Source of the DNA: Aplysia californica
Lineage: Eukaryota
Direction of reading: 5' to 3'
Length of the DNA: 64,000 bases
NCBI RefSeq assembly: GCF_000002075.1
Contig: NW_004797888.1
Coordinates: forward strand, 268,490 to 332,489
The position numbers and the translations under genes were made by a program. The notes beneath the pieces were generated by a model, which was not told where the DNA came from, searched no databases, and worked only from the letters and a program-made list of their open reading frames with translations. Below, piece after piece: positions 12,001 through 24,000 of the stretch (its first letter is position 1; the number at the start of each line of letters is the position of its first letter).

Positions 12001-15000
12001 AAACATGTCCCACATTTTGGCGATTTTTTCCTATATGAAGGTCTTCCAACATTTTGCAAACAAAAATCCCAATAACTTTTTTATTTATCAATGGGTTTTT
12101 AAAATTTAAAAACCATAGTTCTTAGAATTTACTCTATTTTCATTTAAGCCCATTTTTAAGCAATTTGGATGAAAATTTAATTTTTCATTGTCATTGCTAA
12201 ATAAGCGAATGGAGTGGCCCGTGTGTGTGTGGGGGGGGGGGGGGGGGGCATGGAGGAGTTATGAAGGTATTTTCAAATGAAGTGTAGTCCGGCAACGTTG
12301 CCCCAACCACAACTGAAGTATCTGAATATTCAGAAAAAAAATCGAGATCGGAAGCCGTTAGGAGAAATAGAGTTGAAATTTATTTTCCCGAACGTTCGGA
12401 GAAAGTCACGTTGTTTTCGTTTTTTGTCAAGAAAGCAGAGATCTGTCCAGATTCTAGATTTAGAGATCTAGATAGATCTAGAATCTAGATCTAAATATAT
12501 CTAGATTTACAGATCTGTAGTACAAGTGCCCGATTTTTGCCTTTGTTCAAAGAATCAATCAACAAAGTAAACAATAAAGCAAATGAACCCCCAAAAGCAG
12601 TGCATCTGTGTATGGGAGTGAAACTAAAATTTAGGCCCTTGGCAAATAGCACTTTTAGCATTTTGATTTGCGATCACTTGCCGCAATAATGCGATGGACG
12701 GTGAAAATGATCTATTCCGGTCACTTGCGTCGGGCGTATTCGGTTGTTGATAGATTCGCATCTCAGCACAGACGCAGGACAAGAACTAACAACTGACCGG
12801 CCGTGGCGGTGGGTTATTTGACGGCACTTTCAGGGTTGATATCGAAAGCTGAAACGGTAAATTTTTACTTTACCGCACACAGATGCACTTCTTCAGGGGT
12901 GAAAATGCTCTGTTGTTTGTTGCAGATCACACTTAAATCTACCAAAACTGTCTGAAATAACTTATTTTCATGAAAATTTCAAACATAACTAAATTATCAA
13001 ATTATGGGCTGCATTGTTTCCCACAAGAGTATTCCTGTGCTATTTCCTAATTCATTCTGAGTTTGAGCGACCGTAGTGTTTCAGTCGTGCCTCTGTGCCA
13101 ATGGTGGATGATTCAGGGTGCCACTGGGAAAATAAAAATTGACCTTTTTCGGCTCAACAGATGATAAAATACGTAAAACCATATTTCTCAAAGCTGATAG
13201 AATGAGCCATTCTAAAATGGTAAACGATCCAACAATTACAAGCAAAGCTCAAAACCTGACGAAGTCAACAGTTAGACACGTAGCGTGTAGTTTTTCAGTT
13301 AGACTTTTTATCCTTTGATGTCTTGGCTAAGGGAAGCGCTACAAATTCGAAATAACTTGCAAACCCATTTATAACTTTGACTTGTAATCTACCTCTTTGT
13401 TTTTTGTTTTGGTAAGTGTTTTTACGGCGCTCGCAACTACATAAGGTCATATGAGCGCGCGGGACACACCTAATATTTTCAGTTGGTAGGAATTTTGAAT
13501 TTTGCCCGGGTGGCGGCCGAAGCCTACTGTTATCGATTTTGGACCACCAAGGGATCTTTAACGTGCACAACTTGCACACGGGCCCTCCGAAATTTTTCGC
13601 CCTTGTCCGAGAAGGCTAGGTGTAGATCTTTCCTACCAGAAGATCAGGGGTGTGGCTGAAAGACAGCAGTAAGAAGAAGCCAAGGAGTAGCAGTAGAAAG
13701 GCTGCAGAAAGAATCAGGAGCCCAGAGGAGGGGGCAAAGGAGGTGAAGGGGGCAAAGGAGGTGAAGGGGTGGGGGGCAGAAAGAGAAGACGAAAGCAGAC
13801 AACAGGACATTGCTAGAGAGTAGGAAAGGAGGTGAAAGGAGACAAATTTAGAGAAGATAATTTTTTGGTCTCTACCCGGATTCGAACCCGGGACCTTTGA
13901 GAGGCGAACACCTTAACCTCTAGGCCACGAGAGCCGCCCCCTCTTTGTTTTCCATTTACGAAACAGTGAAATTTTACGTTAGAGGACAGGGTCCACGCCT
14001 TTTACATAGGGCCTGTGGGCTTCCAGAGTAGTGCGCTCACATCTTAAACTTCGTCGCGCGTCCAGGGTTGAGGAACTTGGTAAATTTTTACTTTCACTCC
14101 CGCCCTCAGATAATTTTTACTTTCACTCCCGCCCTCAGATGCACTGCTTTAGAGTCCAAACTACAGTATTTTTTGCTGAAGATCACTTACATGACCACAA
14201 AAAGTGTCGCAAATCAATTATTTTCAAGAAAATGTCAAACCTAACTGCAAAACATTAAATCATTGGCTAAAACATGACATGGGGACATTACTCACACACA
14301 CACATACGTTCAAACACGCAGGGCATGAGACTAGAGATGTGGGACTTTGCTAAATTGACAATTTGATCTCGTTAACAATAACAATGTAAGAGTTTTGTTT
14401 TTTTTGCTCTCATGTATATTTTAATTTGAGTTAAAACTAGATCTAGGTTCCAGCAGAGCACTGATGAATCAAGGGTATTATGAACGTTGGTTTTGTTTTT
14501 GTTGAGTAATAAAACATTTTTACACCATAGACCACCAAAATAAAATTAGAATCCTGATTCCTTTCTGATCTAGGCCTTCATCACTGGCAAAGCTCTGGCT
14601 TGTGTGAAAAATTTGTGATTTTTCTTTCATTTCTTTTTTTTTCCCCTTAAAGAGTTAATCCTGCTGAGCTACTCTCTACTTCTTTCTTATTGTTAACATT
14701 TTCTTTTTCTGCAGAAATTGGGAGAACTGAACAATTATCCTGACTTCAACAATTACTTGATTTTTGTCCTGACAAAATTGAAGACTGAAGGTAAGAATTT
14801 ATTTTGTTATAAAATAATGTACCAAGAACTTAATACCCATAGACCCAGGTCTTTGTTGGCGGGTGCAGCATTTTTTTGCAAAGATGGAGTTGGGACTTGT
14901 GGTGGTGTCTTTGTGGGCACTTTTTTCACCTCTATCTGTACATGCTGGTGTTGTGCATCATGTACATCATTCCGTTACTGATACAAAGGTACAGTTGGTC

Positions 15001-18000
15001 TTGCGTGTTAAAGATTGCTGAAGATCTACTTCCTGGATATTTTAAAAAACTCTTTGATGTAAGCACCCAATGAGGGTCATGGTGCCCTTTCGTGTTTTTG
15101 AGAATTCGTTCTTTTAGAAGTCAAGATGGGGTAGTATTTTCATAGAATGGAATCTTGCAGCTATTAAGATGTTTAAATTCTAAGTCGTCATTTGCCTGAA
15201 TTTTTATGGAGAAAATTGAATGATGGTCTGTTATTGTTGGTCTTAGTTTGTAAAGAAAATGTATAATTTAATGATTGTAAATTTGTTTCCCTTTTGTAGA
15301 TGACCCAACACGATCGCTGAGTGGTTTGATTCTGAAGAACAACGTGAGGGCCCATTTTGAAAGATTCCCTGCGGAAGTGACCTCTTTTATCAAGCAGGAA
15401 TGTCTGAACAGCATTGGAGACCCCTCTCCATTAATTCGAGCCACAATTGGCATCATCATTACTAACATTATCTCAAAAGGAGAGTTGCACAAGTGGCCAG
15501 AAGTTTTGCCTCATTTGTGCACCTGTCTGGACTCTGAGGATTACAATGTCTGTGAGGTAAGAATGCTGTTGATCGTCAGCTTGCCGTTAGATACTTCTTC
15601 AAATTTTGGGTTTTTAAAATTTACTGTCATTGCTTGCTTTTGAAAGTAGCTGTGAATTACATTGTTTTCATATTTGCTTTTGAATGTTGAGATTTGTGTT
15701 GGTCACTGATAGGTCTTAATTTAGTTGTCCTTTTGTTTCTATATCAGTTTTTCTTTTTGCTAAGCATTAGATGACCATAGTGGTGATGTGTTTACTTTAT
15801 TTCATCAAACATCAGCTTTAAGAGGAAAAGCTGGCAAGAGAATCTAGAAGTATTGTGCCTTTTTTGATCAGCGTGAGGTTTATTGATGCCCTCCTTGGTC
15901 CTGCTTGTTGTGGTTGCTGTCCCTTACACTTGGGGGGGGGGGGGGGGGGGGCATTTTGAATGTGCATGTAGATGATCCAAAGCATTCATACATATTTTTT
16001 TTTGTCGATAAATTTATAACACCTTTTCTCTGATTTTTTTTTTTTTCCTTTTCTTTTTAGGGTGCTTTTGGAGCTTTGCAGAAAATTTGTGAAGACAATG
16101 CTGAGACTTTGGATAGTGATATTGCTGACCGGCCTCTCAACGTGCTTATTCCAAAATTCCTCAACTTCTTCAGACATCAAAGCCCCAAAATTAGGTATGT
16201 CATGATCTCTGTTGGCTCATCTTTTTCATTCTAATTTTTTTTTTTTTTGGTTTTTTTTTTTTGGTGGCTATTTTACTGTCCTGTACATTCTGCTCACCTT
16301 GCACTACCAAGTGGGTGTTTGGCGGGTGCTCTGGTGTGGTTTGCTTTTTCTTTCCTATCAAACCTCTGTCGTCCTTTATCTCCCCTATTTCTTTTTTGTT
16401 TGTTAGTCTCTTGTGACACCTTTAATCTTCTGGCGCTCATATGACCTTATGCAGTTGCGAGCGCAGTAAAACCTACTAAAACTAAAACTTGCATTACCAG
16501 TGCTGCCCAGCATTATGAACACAACACCATGTGTGCCTGGTGCTCTTGTAGCTATCTGTGCCACTTTGCCATTAGAAAAACACTGATTGTGCTGAAGTCA
16601 AGAGCACAGCAAACATTGGTTGACAGGTGTTGGATAATTAATGTGCTTTTAATTTGTGGGTGACATTTGAAGTTAATGAGGTCATTTTTTAAAGTTAAAA
16701 AAAAACAACCCAACCAAACCCGGGATTATTATTGTAAACGTGAAACAATCTGCTGCAGTGTGTGGCATAGTGTGTAGTGATGCATCGTCAGGATCACAGG
16801 CTTGTGATGTATTCTGTTCTGAGGGTATGAAGACTTAACAGTTAACCCACACATCTGTCAAAAGTTGACTGGCTGATAAATTGTTTTATTTAATATGTTC
16901 AGGTCAGATCTAGGCATCAACAGTGTGCTTTGTATATATAGTTTTGTAAAAACTGTTAACTCATTCAGTGCTGAGCACTCCAGCAGTGAACTCCCATCAT
17001 ATACTGGGTAGTTTTGTTATGGCAACATGAAATTAAGTCTACCGTGAAAATCAATGAAAACTAGTGGAGCTGTTCGAGCTGAAAAAATGTCTCCGTGACC
17101 TTTCCCATAATGCATCATGGTTAGTAAAATAACCTGGTATGGATTGGAGTAATTCTTTCTTTAAAGACAGCTAGGCAGAATGCGAGAATTGGTTGCTAAT
17201 ATGTGGGTGGGTCCCAGGTTTCGCGAGTATTCTCGTCCTTAGCACTGAACAAGTTAATAATCATAAAAAAACACATGCCAACTTCAAATGCTTTTCAATG
17301 CTGACAAATTTATCAGTTACAATTGCTAATGCAGTGCTTTAGTAAAATACATCAGGCAAGAAAGTTCAAGATACTAAAAGGGAGAATTAGTAATTCCAAC
17401 CTATTGAGTGGGTCCATAATAATCAATGGTATTAACAGTGTCTTCACTTAACTCATGTTTTTTCAACAGGTCTCATGCCATAGCTTGTGTGAACCAGTTC
17501 ATCATCAGCAGAACCCAGGCCCTTATGGTGCACATTGACACTTTCATACAGGTATGTTTGAACATGTTTATGGTTGGTAAATTTGCAATATTTTAAAAGG
17601 AAAAGCCAAAGTATACTGATACTGGTTTTTAGCTTTCGCCATGAAATACCACAGCTGAGCAAGGACAGTTATTGCAAATGTGCGATTCTACATTCAGAAT
17701 GTAAAAAAAAAAATGAAATGAAAATTTAGCAAAATATGCGATGTTTGATTTGGTGATAAATAGTTCTCTAGTTTGAAGACTTGATTTTAAATAATTCTGT
17801 TTAGTGTAGCACACTGGGTACTATTATTTTCTGGATTTCAGGAAACATACCATTGCAAACTTGGTCAATACTGATGTAAGCTGACAAAACGCCTCTTTTT
17901 TTTTCCATTTTGGCGCCAAAATTTTTTATTTGCTAAATCGAAAGCCTGATCAGTTACTCTACTTGTGTGAAAAAATCGAAAGTGAAACGGTGTCTAGTTT

Positions 18001-21000
18001 TTGAATAAATTAGAATTCAAATTTCGGAATCACTATTATGAAATGGTTACGCTGACAAAACACACACACACACACACCCACCCCCTTCTCGAAACTTGTG
18101 GGAAAAAAGGCGTTTTGTCATTTGCGGCAGAATAGTGTCACTGGCGTCTGCAGTAAGCTCAAAATTTGGATGCTTTTGTAGGCAATATTGACTACTTGAA
18201 TAAAAAATATCTGAGTGTTATGTTTCAGATAGAAATGGGGAATTTGTGTCTCTCAAGAAAGAGAGGTACATATTCGTATTCAGTGCATTAAAAAAAGATT
18301 TGTTTTCTAATCTGCGTACTTATCGTCAAAGGGTTGTTTAGAAATGTCCTAGTTTATAGCAATTCCTGTTCTCTGTATGCTCCACTTTATATATGAATGT
18401 ATTCATTTCAGAATCTGTTCTTCTTGGCCAAAGACGAAGACACTGAAGTGCGTAAGAATGTGTGTCGAGCTCTAGTCATGTTGGTGGAAGTGAGGATTGA
18501 CCGACTGATGCCTCACATCGACCAGATCATACAGGTAGGGTTGCATCTCTCTTTGGGTTATGTTGGTTGTTTAGGCTTGTGTATTCCATTGTTCAATGCT
18601 AGGCATGGTCCAGGAATGATATGTGGGCTTCTGTCGTGAAAAAAAAAATTCGGAAAAGATATGGCAGTTTTGTGCTATTAGTTGGTAGATTAAATAATGT
18701 TTATCCGTTGTCATGTCATAAAATGGTGTTTTTATCCTGTACCTGATTCTATTCTTCTATTTTTTCTAATAAAGCAGATTTTGATTAAACCGTCGATGGG
18801 TTGTTTGATCTGGATTGACAGAGGAAAGTTTTTGATACGATCTTTTGTTGTTTTTGTTCTTTTGAGTGTGTTGAACATTTCTGAGACACTCTGTGATTTT
18901 CATTTCAGTACATGATGGAACGGACTCAAGATGGGGACGACACAGTGGCACTTGAGTCTTGTGAGTTCTGGCTGTCCCTGGCAGAACAGAAAGTGTGCAA
19001 AGAAGTGTTGGGGCCCCACATTGAGCGCTTGGTGCCCATCCTCGTGAAGGGCATGAGGTACTCTGAGATTGACATCATCCTACTGAAGGTGAATAGAGTG
19101 GGCTTGTGGGACCTGTTAATGACTGAAGTGATATTTGTGTAGTGAGATGATGCATGCAAATGAGGTCTCCGGTGTAGGTTGTGTTTCTTGTCCAATGCCT
19201 GGATGTCTTCTCACTGTCTGAGGTTTTCTATGTGCTTCCTTTTTTATATTTGTCTCTGATTATATGTGTTGTTACATTTGTTCCTGTTTTTTTACCCAAG
19301 AAAAATAGTGCAATTTATCAAGGTTCAAGGAAGTGATGCTAGATTGAACTGTCATTTCGGGGGCTCTTGTGGCCCAGAGGTTAAGGTGTTAGTCTCTCAT
19401 TTAAAGATCCCGGTAGCTTACGAAAATTTCTTCTTTAAAATTGTCTCCTTTAACCTCCTTTCCTGCTCTTAAGCAATGTTCTATCATTTGCTTTCGTCTC
19501 AACTTTCTGCCCCCACCCCCTCACCTCCTTTGCCCCCTCCTCTGGGCTCCTGACTCTTTCTGCAGCCTTTCTACTTCTACTCCTTGGCTCCTTCTTACTG
19601 CTGTCTTTCAGTCACACCCCTGATCTTATTGTAGGTAAGATCTACATCAAACCTCGGATAAGGACAAAAAATCTCGGAGGTCACGTGTGCAAGTTGGCAC
19701 CCATGGTGGTCCAAAATCGATAAAAGTAGGCTTCAGCCGCCACCATGGCAAAATGTCCTACCAATTGAAAATGTTTGGTGTGTCCCGTGCGCTCTGGTGA
19801 CCTTATGCAGTTGCGAGTGCCATAAAATACTTACCCCCAAATACAACCCAAAAACTGTCATTTGTACCCCCGGGGTGGTGCTACTGACCGAAGTGTCTTT
19901 AGGCCTATCCCAAAGGGGGGACATTAACCTGTTCTTATGCACAGTAGGATTGTAAATGGGCTGATTCGTCAATGTCATGTTCATAACTGCCTGAACTGCA
20001 ACAGGGAACTGCTGCTTTTTCGTTCCTAATCCTATCGTCTTTTTTCCCTATTTCTTTGGTATGTTTGTCACACTCTTGTGACCCACTATTTCCGGGGTGC
20101 CTTGATAGTTGAAGCAGACTTACTGCTGTTGAAGCTAGAGAGGTGATCAGAGTAGGCCTGATTCCCTGTAGTGACTTCTCTGTTGACATCCACCCTTTGG
20201 CGCTCATATGACCTTGTACAGTTGCGAGCGGCGTAAAACTTGACTAAAACTAAACTGAAAGAACTCATTTCTCTCGTTTTGTCCCCAGGGTGATGTGGAA
20301 GAAGATGAAATGATTCCGGATAAAGAGTCTGATATCAAGCCAAGGTTTCATAAGACACGCACCCATTCTACTCAGAAACATGAAGGGGATGAGGTAAGCA
20401 GTGGGTACATGTACCTACCTGACAGGGATCCGTATATAGTTGTACTTGTTGCCTTAATGTTTTGCACTTTCTCAAGCCCTTAATGGCAGAGGTAAGGACC
20501 GCTTTGCTTTGCTCGTTGCTTATTCATGCACCTTTCTAAATCGCATCTGGCCATCTCTTTGTTGTTCAGTTTCGGAAGTAGAAAGGACATTAATTGGATA
20601 TCCACCCATTCCACTTTGTTTCCTCGACAAACGTGGACAGTTTGGTATCCTACATATCATTTTTGCATAACACCAGATTTCTGTAAGCAACTGCCAGACC
20701 ATATATAATTGACTATGAAGAACTGCAAAATTATATGGTATGCAAGTATATTTTTATATGCTCTACTCACTTCTTACTTCTCATTTAAATGGAATTTCAT
20801 GACCGGCCAGCTCCTGCTCACATGTTCAGTTGTTCTGATACAAGAAAACTAGCTGTCTTTATTGACTTACTAGGACTTTTTAAAAAAAGGTTGAAAGATT
20901 CATTTGCTGGTCTGTGGTGCATAGCCCAGTGGTTAAGTATTTGTTTGTCATTGTTTTTTGGTTGTGTGGAACTGATGACCACGTTTTCCCTCATTTCTAA

Positions 21001-24000
21001 GATCATTTCTTTTCGTTTCACCAGGAAGCTGACCCTGATGAAGGGTATGATGATGATGATTCTCTGTCGGACTGGAATCTGAGTAAGTCTAGTGTTTCTT
21101 ATTGCTTTTTATTTATTGTCCTAGTGAGTGCTGAGACTTTAGTAAGAAATTTGAATGTTTTTGTACAATTATTCAAGTCCATTCCCAGCAAACACCAATA
21201 ATGATTATAGGGCGGATTCATGTTGAGAAATAATAATAATTATAGATAGCATTTGTATAGCGCAAATCCCCGCTCAACAGCAGGCTCTATGCACTTTGCT
21301 TAGCTTGCTGCTTATTCTTGCACCTTTCTAAATCGCATCTGGCCATCTCTTTGTTGTTCAGTTTCGGAAGTAGAAAGGACATTAATTGGATATCCACCCA
21401 TTCCACTTTGTTTCCTCGACAAATGCGGACAGTTTGGTATCCTACATATGTATTTATTTATTATCCTTCAGGCCTATAATCTGAAAAAATATGTACATAT
21501 TATACAGATTTATGTCTTTTAAATTCTGTTGTGAACACCTACTTCGACCTATTCAGCTTGATAGAAGATAAAGGTTAGGCATTTAGTTTTTCAATCGATT
21601 GGTTTGAAAAAGCTTTTGTTGTGTTTGTAGGTGTGTTGGTAGTTTGACAGCTTATATAGTGTCGGATACATGATATCGTAACTATTACTAGAAAATTGCA
21701 CACTACCTTTGACCTTGCTTTAGTTTGAGTAGAGAAAGAATTGAACAATTTTTTTCGTGTTACATCAATGATTGAGTTTGGTATACCTCACCGTCTTTGG
21801 TATGAGTCGGTATGTTTCCCATAAGATGTTAATGTGTTGCCTTGTATGCCTGTCAATCACATGAGTCCCAAACGGTGTTCTCTGTCAGGTCACAAAAAAT
21901 TGTCTTTGTGTGTGCACAGGAAAGTGTTCAGCTGCAGCGCTGGACGTGTTGGCCAATGTGTTCCACGAAGAAGTGCTGCCTGTGCTATTGCCCATCCTAA
22001 AGGAGACTTTGTTCCATGCTGACTGGGATGTGAAGGAGTCTGGCATCTTGGTGCTTGGAGCCATAGCAGAGGGTTGCATGAGCGGCATGATCCCCCATCT
22101 TCCTGAGCTGATTCCCTACCTCATCAACTGTCTGGCTGACAAGAAAGCCTTGGTGAGGTCCATCACCTGCTGGACCTTAAGTCGCTACGCACACTGGGTG
22201 GTGGGCCAGCCTCATGACAACTTTCTCAAGCCATTAATGACAGAGGTAAGGACCACTTTGCTTAGTTTGCTGCTTATTCTTGCACCTTTCTAAATCGCAT
22301 CTGGCCATCTCTTTGTTGTTCAGTTTCGGAAGTAGAAAGGACATTAATTGGATATCCACCCATTCCACTTTGTTTCCTCGACAAATGCGGACAGTTTGGT
22401 ATCCTACATAAGTATTTATTTATTATCCTTCAGGCCTTCAGGGCTATAATCTGAAAAAATATGTACATATTATATAGATTTATGTCTTTTAAATTCTGTT
22501 GTGAACTTGTTCTCTCACCTACTTCGTTTGTGAAAGTTCAAGTAGGGAATATTATCTGCAGCTCTCGTCATTTTGTAAGAAGGTATATTTTTTTGAGTAG
22601 GTGAACGCAATGATTTTATAGCAAATTTTTTATGTTTTTGGTTACTGAGTTTTCCAGTTTTGTCCCTTTTGTTATGGTGCCCCATGTTGTAAGACTCCTG
22701 ACAGTGATTCTGGAGGCAACGTAAATTGTGTGGGTACTGATTTGTGTCACATGCTGTTGGGATGTGGTTTTGGAAGTTCTGTATTGTCGTTGCAGCTGCT
22801 GAAGCGAGTGCTAGATGCCAACAAGAGAGTCCAGGAGGCAGCTTGCTCAGCATTTGCCACTCTGGAGGAAGAAGCCTGCACTGAGCTAGTCCCATACCTG
22901 GGCTTCATCCTGGAGACTCTAGTCTTTGCTTTCGGAAAATATCAGGTATGTGGACAGGCTTCTCATTCATTGGGTTCTATTGGTTATTATGAAAGACTTA
23001 TTCTTTTCTCAAGAGCACTGATTGGGTTAATGTTTGATGGGTACTGCTGTGTCTTCTCTTCATACTGCAAAAATTGCATGAAGTTCAGATGAAAAAGGGC
23101 TGAGTTGTTTTAAAAAGTACGTAGAAAAACGGCCATTTGTGAGTGAGCGGGCGATAAAGGTAAAACGAGGGACTGTATGCGATGAAATAGTTGTATGGGA
23201 GGCTGAAGAGGCGGAAAATGCCCACGTCTCTAAATCCATAATTTTGACCCAAATCGGAACTTTCAGCTGCCGCCCCTCTCCGTAATCAAAGGGGGGGAAA
23301 TCTAATTTCCTGGGTGAGTGTTGTTGTAATTGTAACTAATAGTCTATACTACAAAAGGATGGTGTGCTGCGGACAAATCGTGCAAGAACACTGCCCTGTC
23401 TGGGAATGTTTTCGATTTTTTTTCGTTGATGGGCTCTCTTTAGATAACATCTTGTTAACAGATAACACCTTGTTAACCGTTTCACACCTTGTTATCCGTT
23501 GCTTTTGAAAACCGACATGCTTACTCACATACACTTCCTATCTAATTTGTCTTTTCCTTCCAGCTCTTTTTGACCCTTGCTCTGAAGCAGTGGTTGTGTA
23601 ATATGTGTTTGTATTTCAGGCTATATATTATTTTATTTTTTATTTTTTTTTACAGCATAAGAACTTGCTCATTCTCTATGACGCCATAGGGACGCTAGCT
23701 GATTCTGTTGGTCACCATTTGAATAAACCGGTAAGTCTTCTCTCCCCCCCCCCCCCTTTTTTTTGGAGGGGGTCATCTCTGGCTCACTTGTCGTTCTTTA
23801 CCATTAAAATATTGCATCTTTCTCTGTCTTTTCATCTCCGGATTATGGGTATTTTTTTTTTTTAACATGTATTACTGGACATTTCTCATTTAAATGCTTT
23901 AAAACTTGTCAAAAATTTTCTTTGATGTTAAAAGTTACTATATTAGTTCTTTCCTCTTGTTTAGGATGATAATCAAAGAAATAATGATAGTTGTTCAAAA

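Larger units (their letters stand above)
10174..12199. mobile_element. non-autonomous hAT-like element with 7-bp TSD, interrupted by a nested insertion
   Basis: TIR TAGCAATG(C/A)CAAT and TSD aataagc; uninterrupted copy at 36653-37580. Confidence 0.85.
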
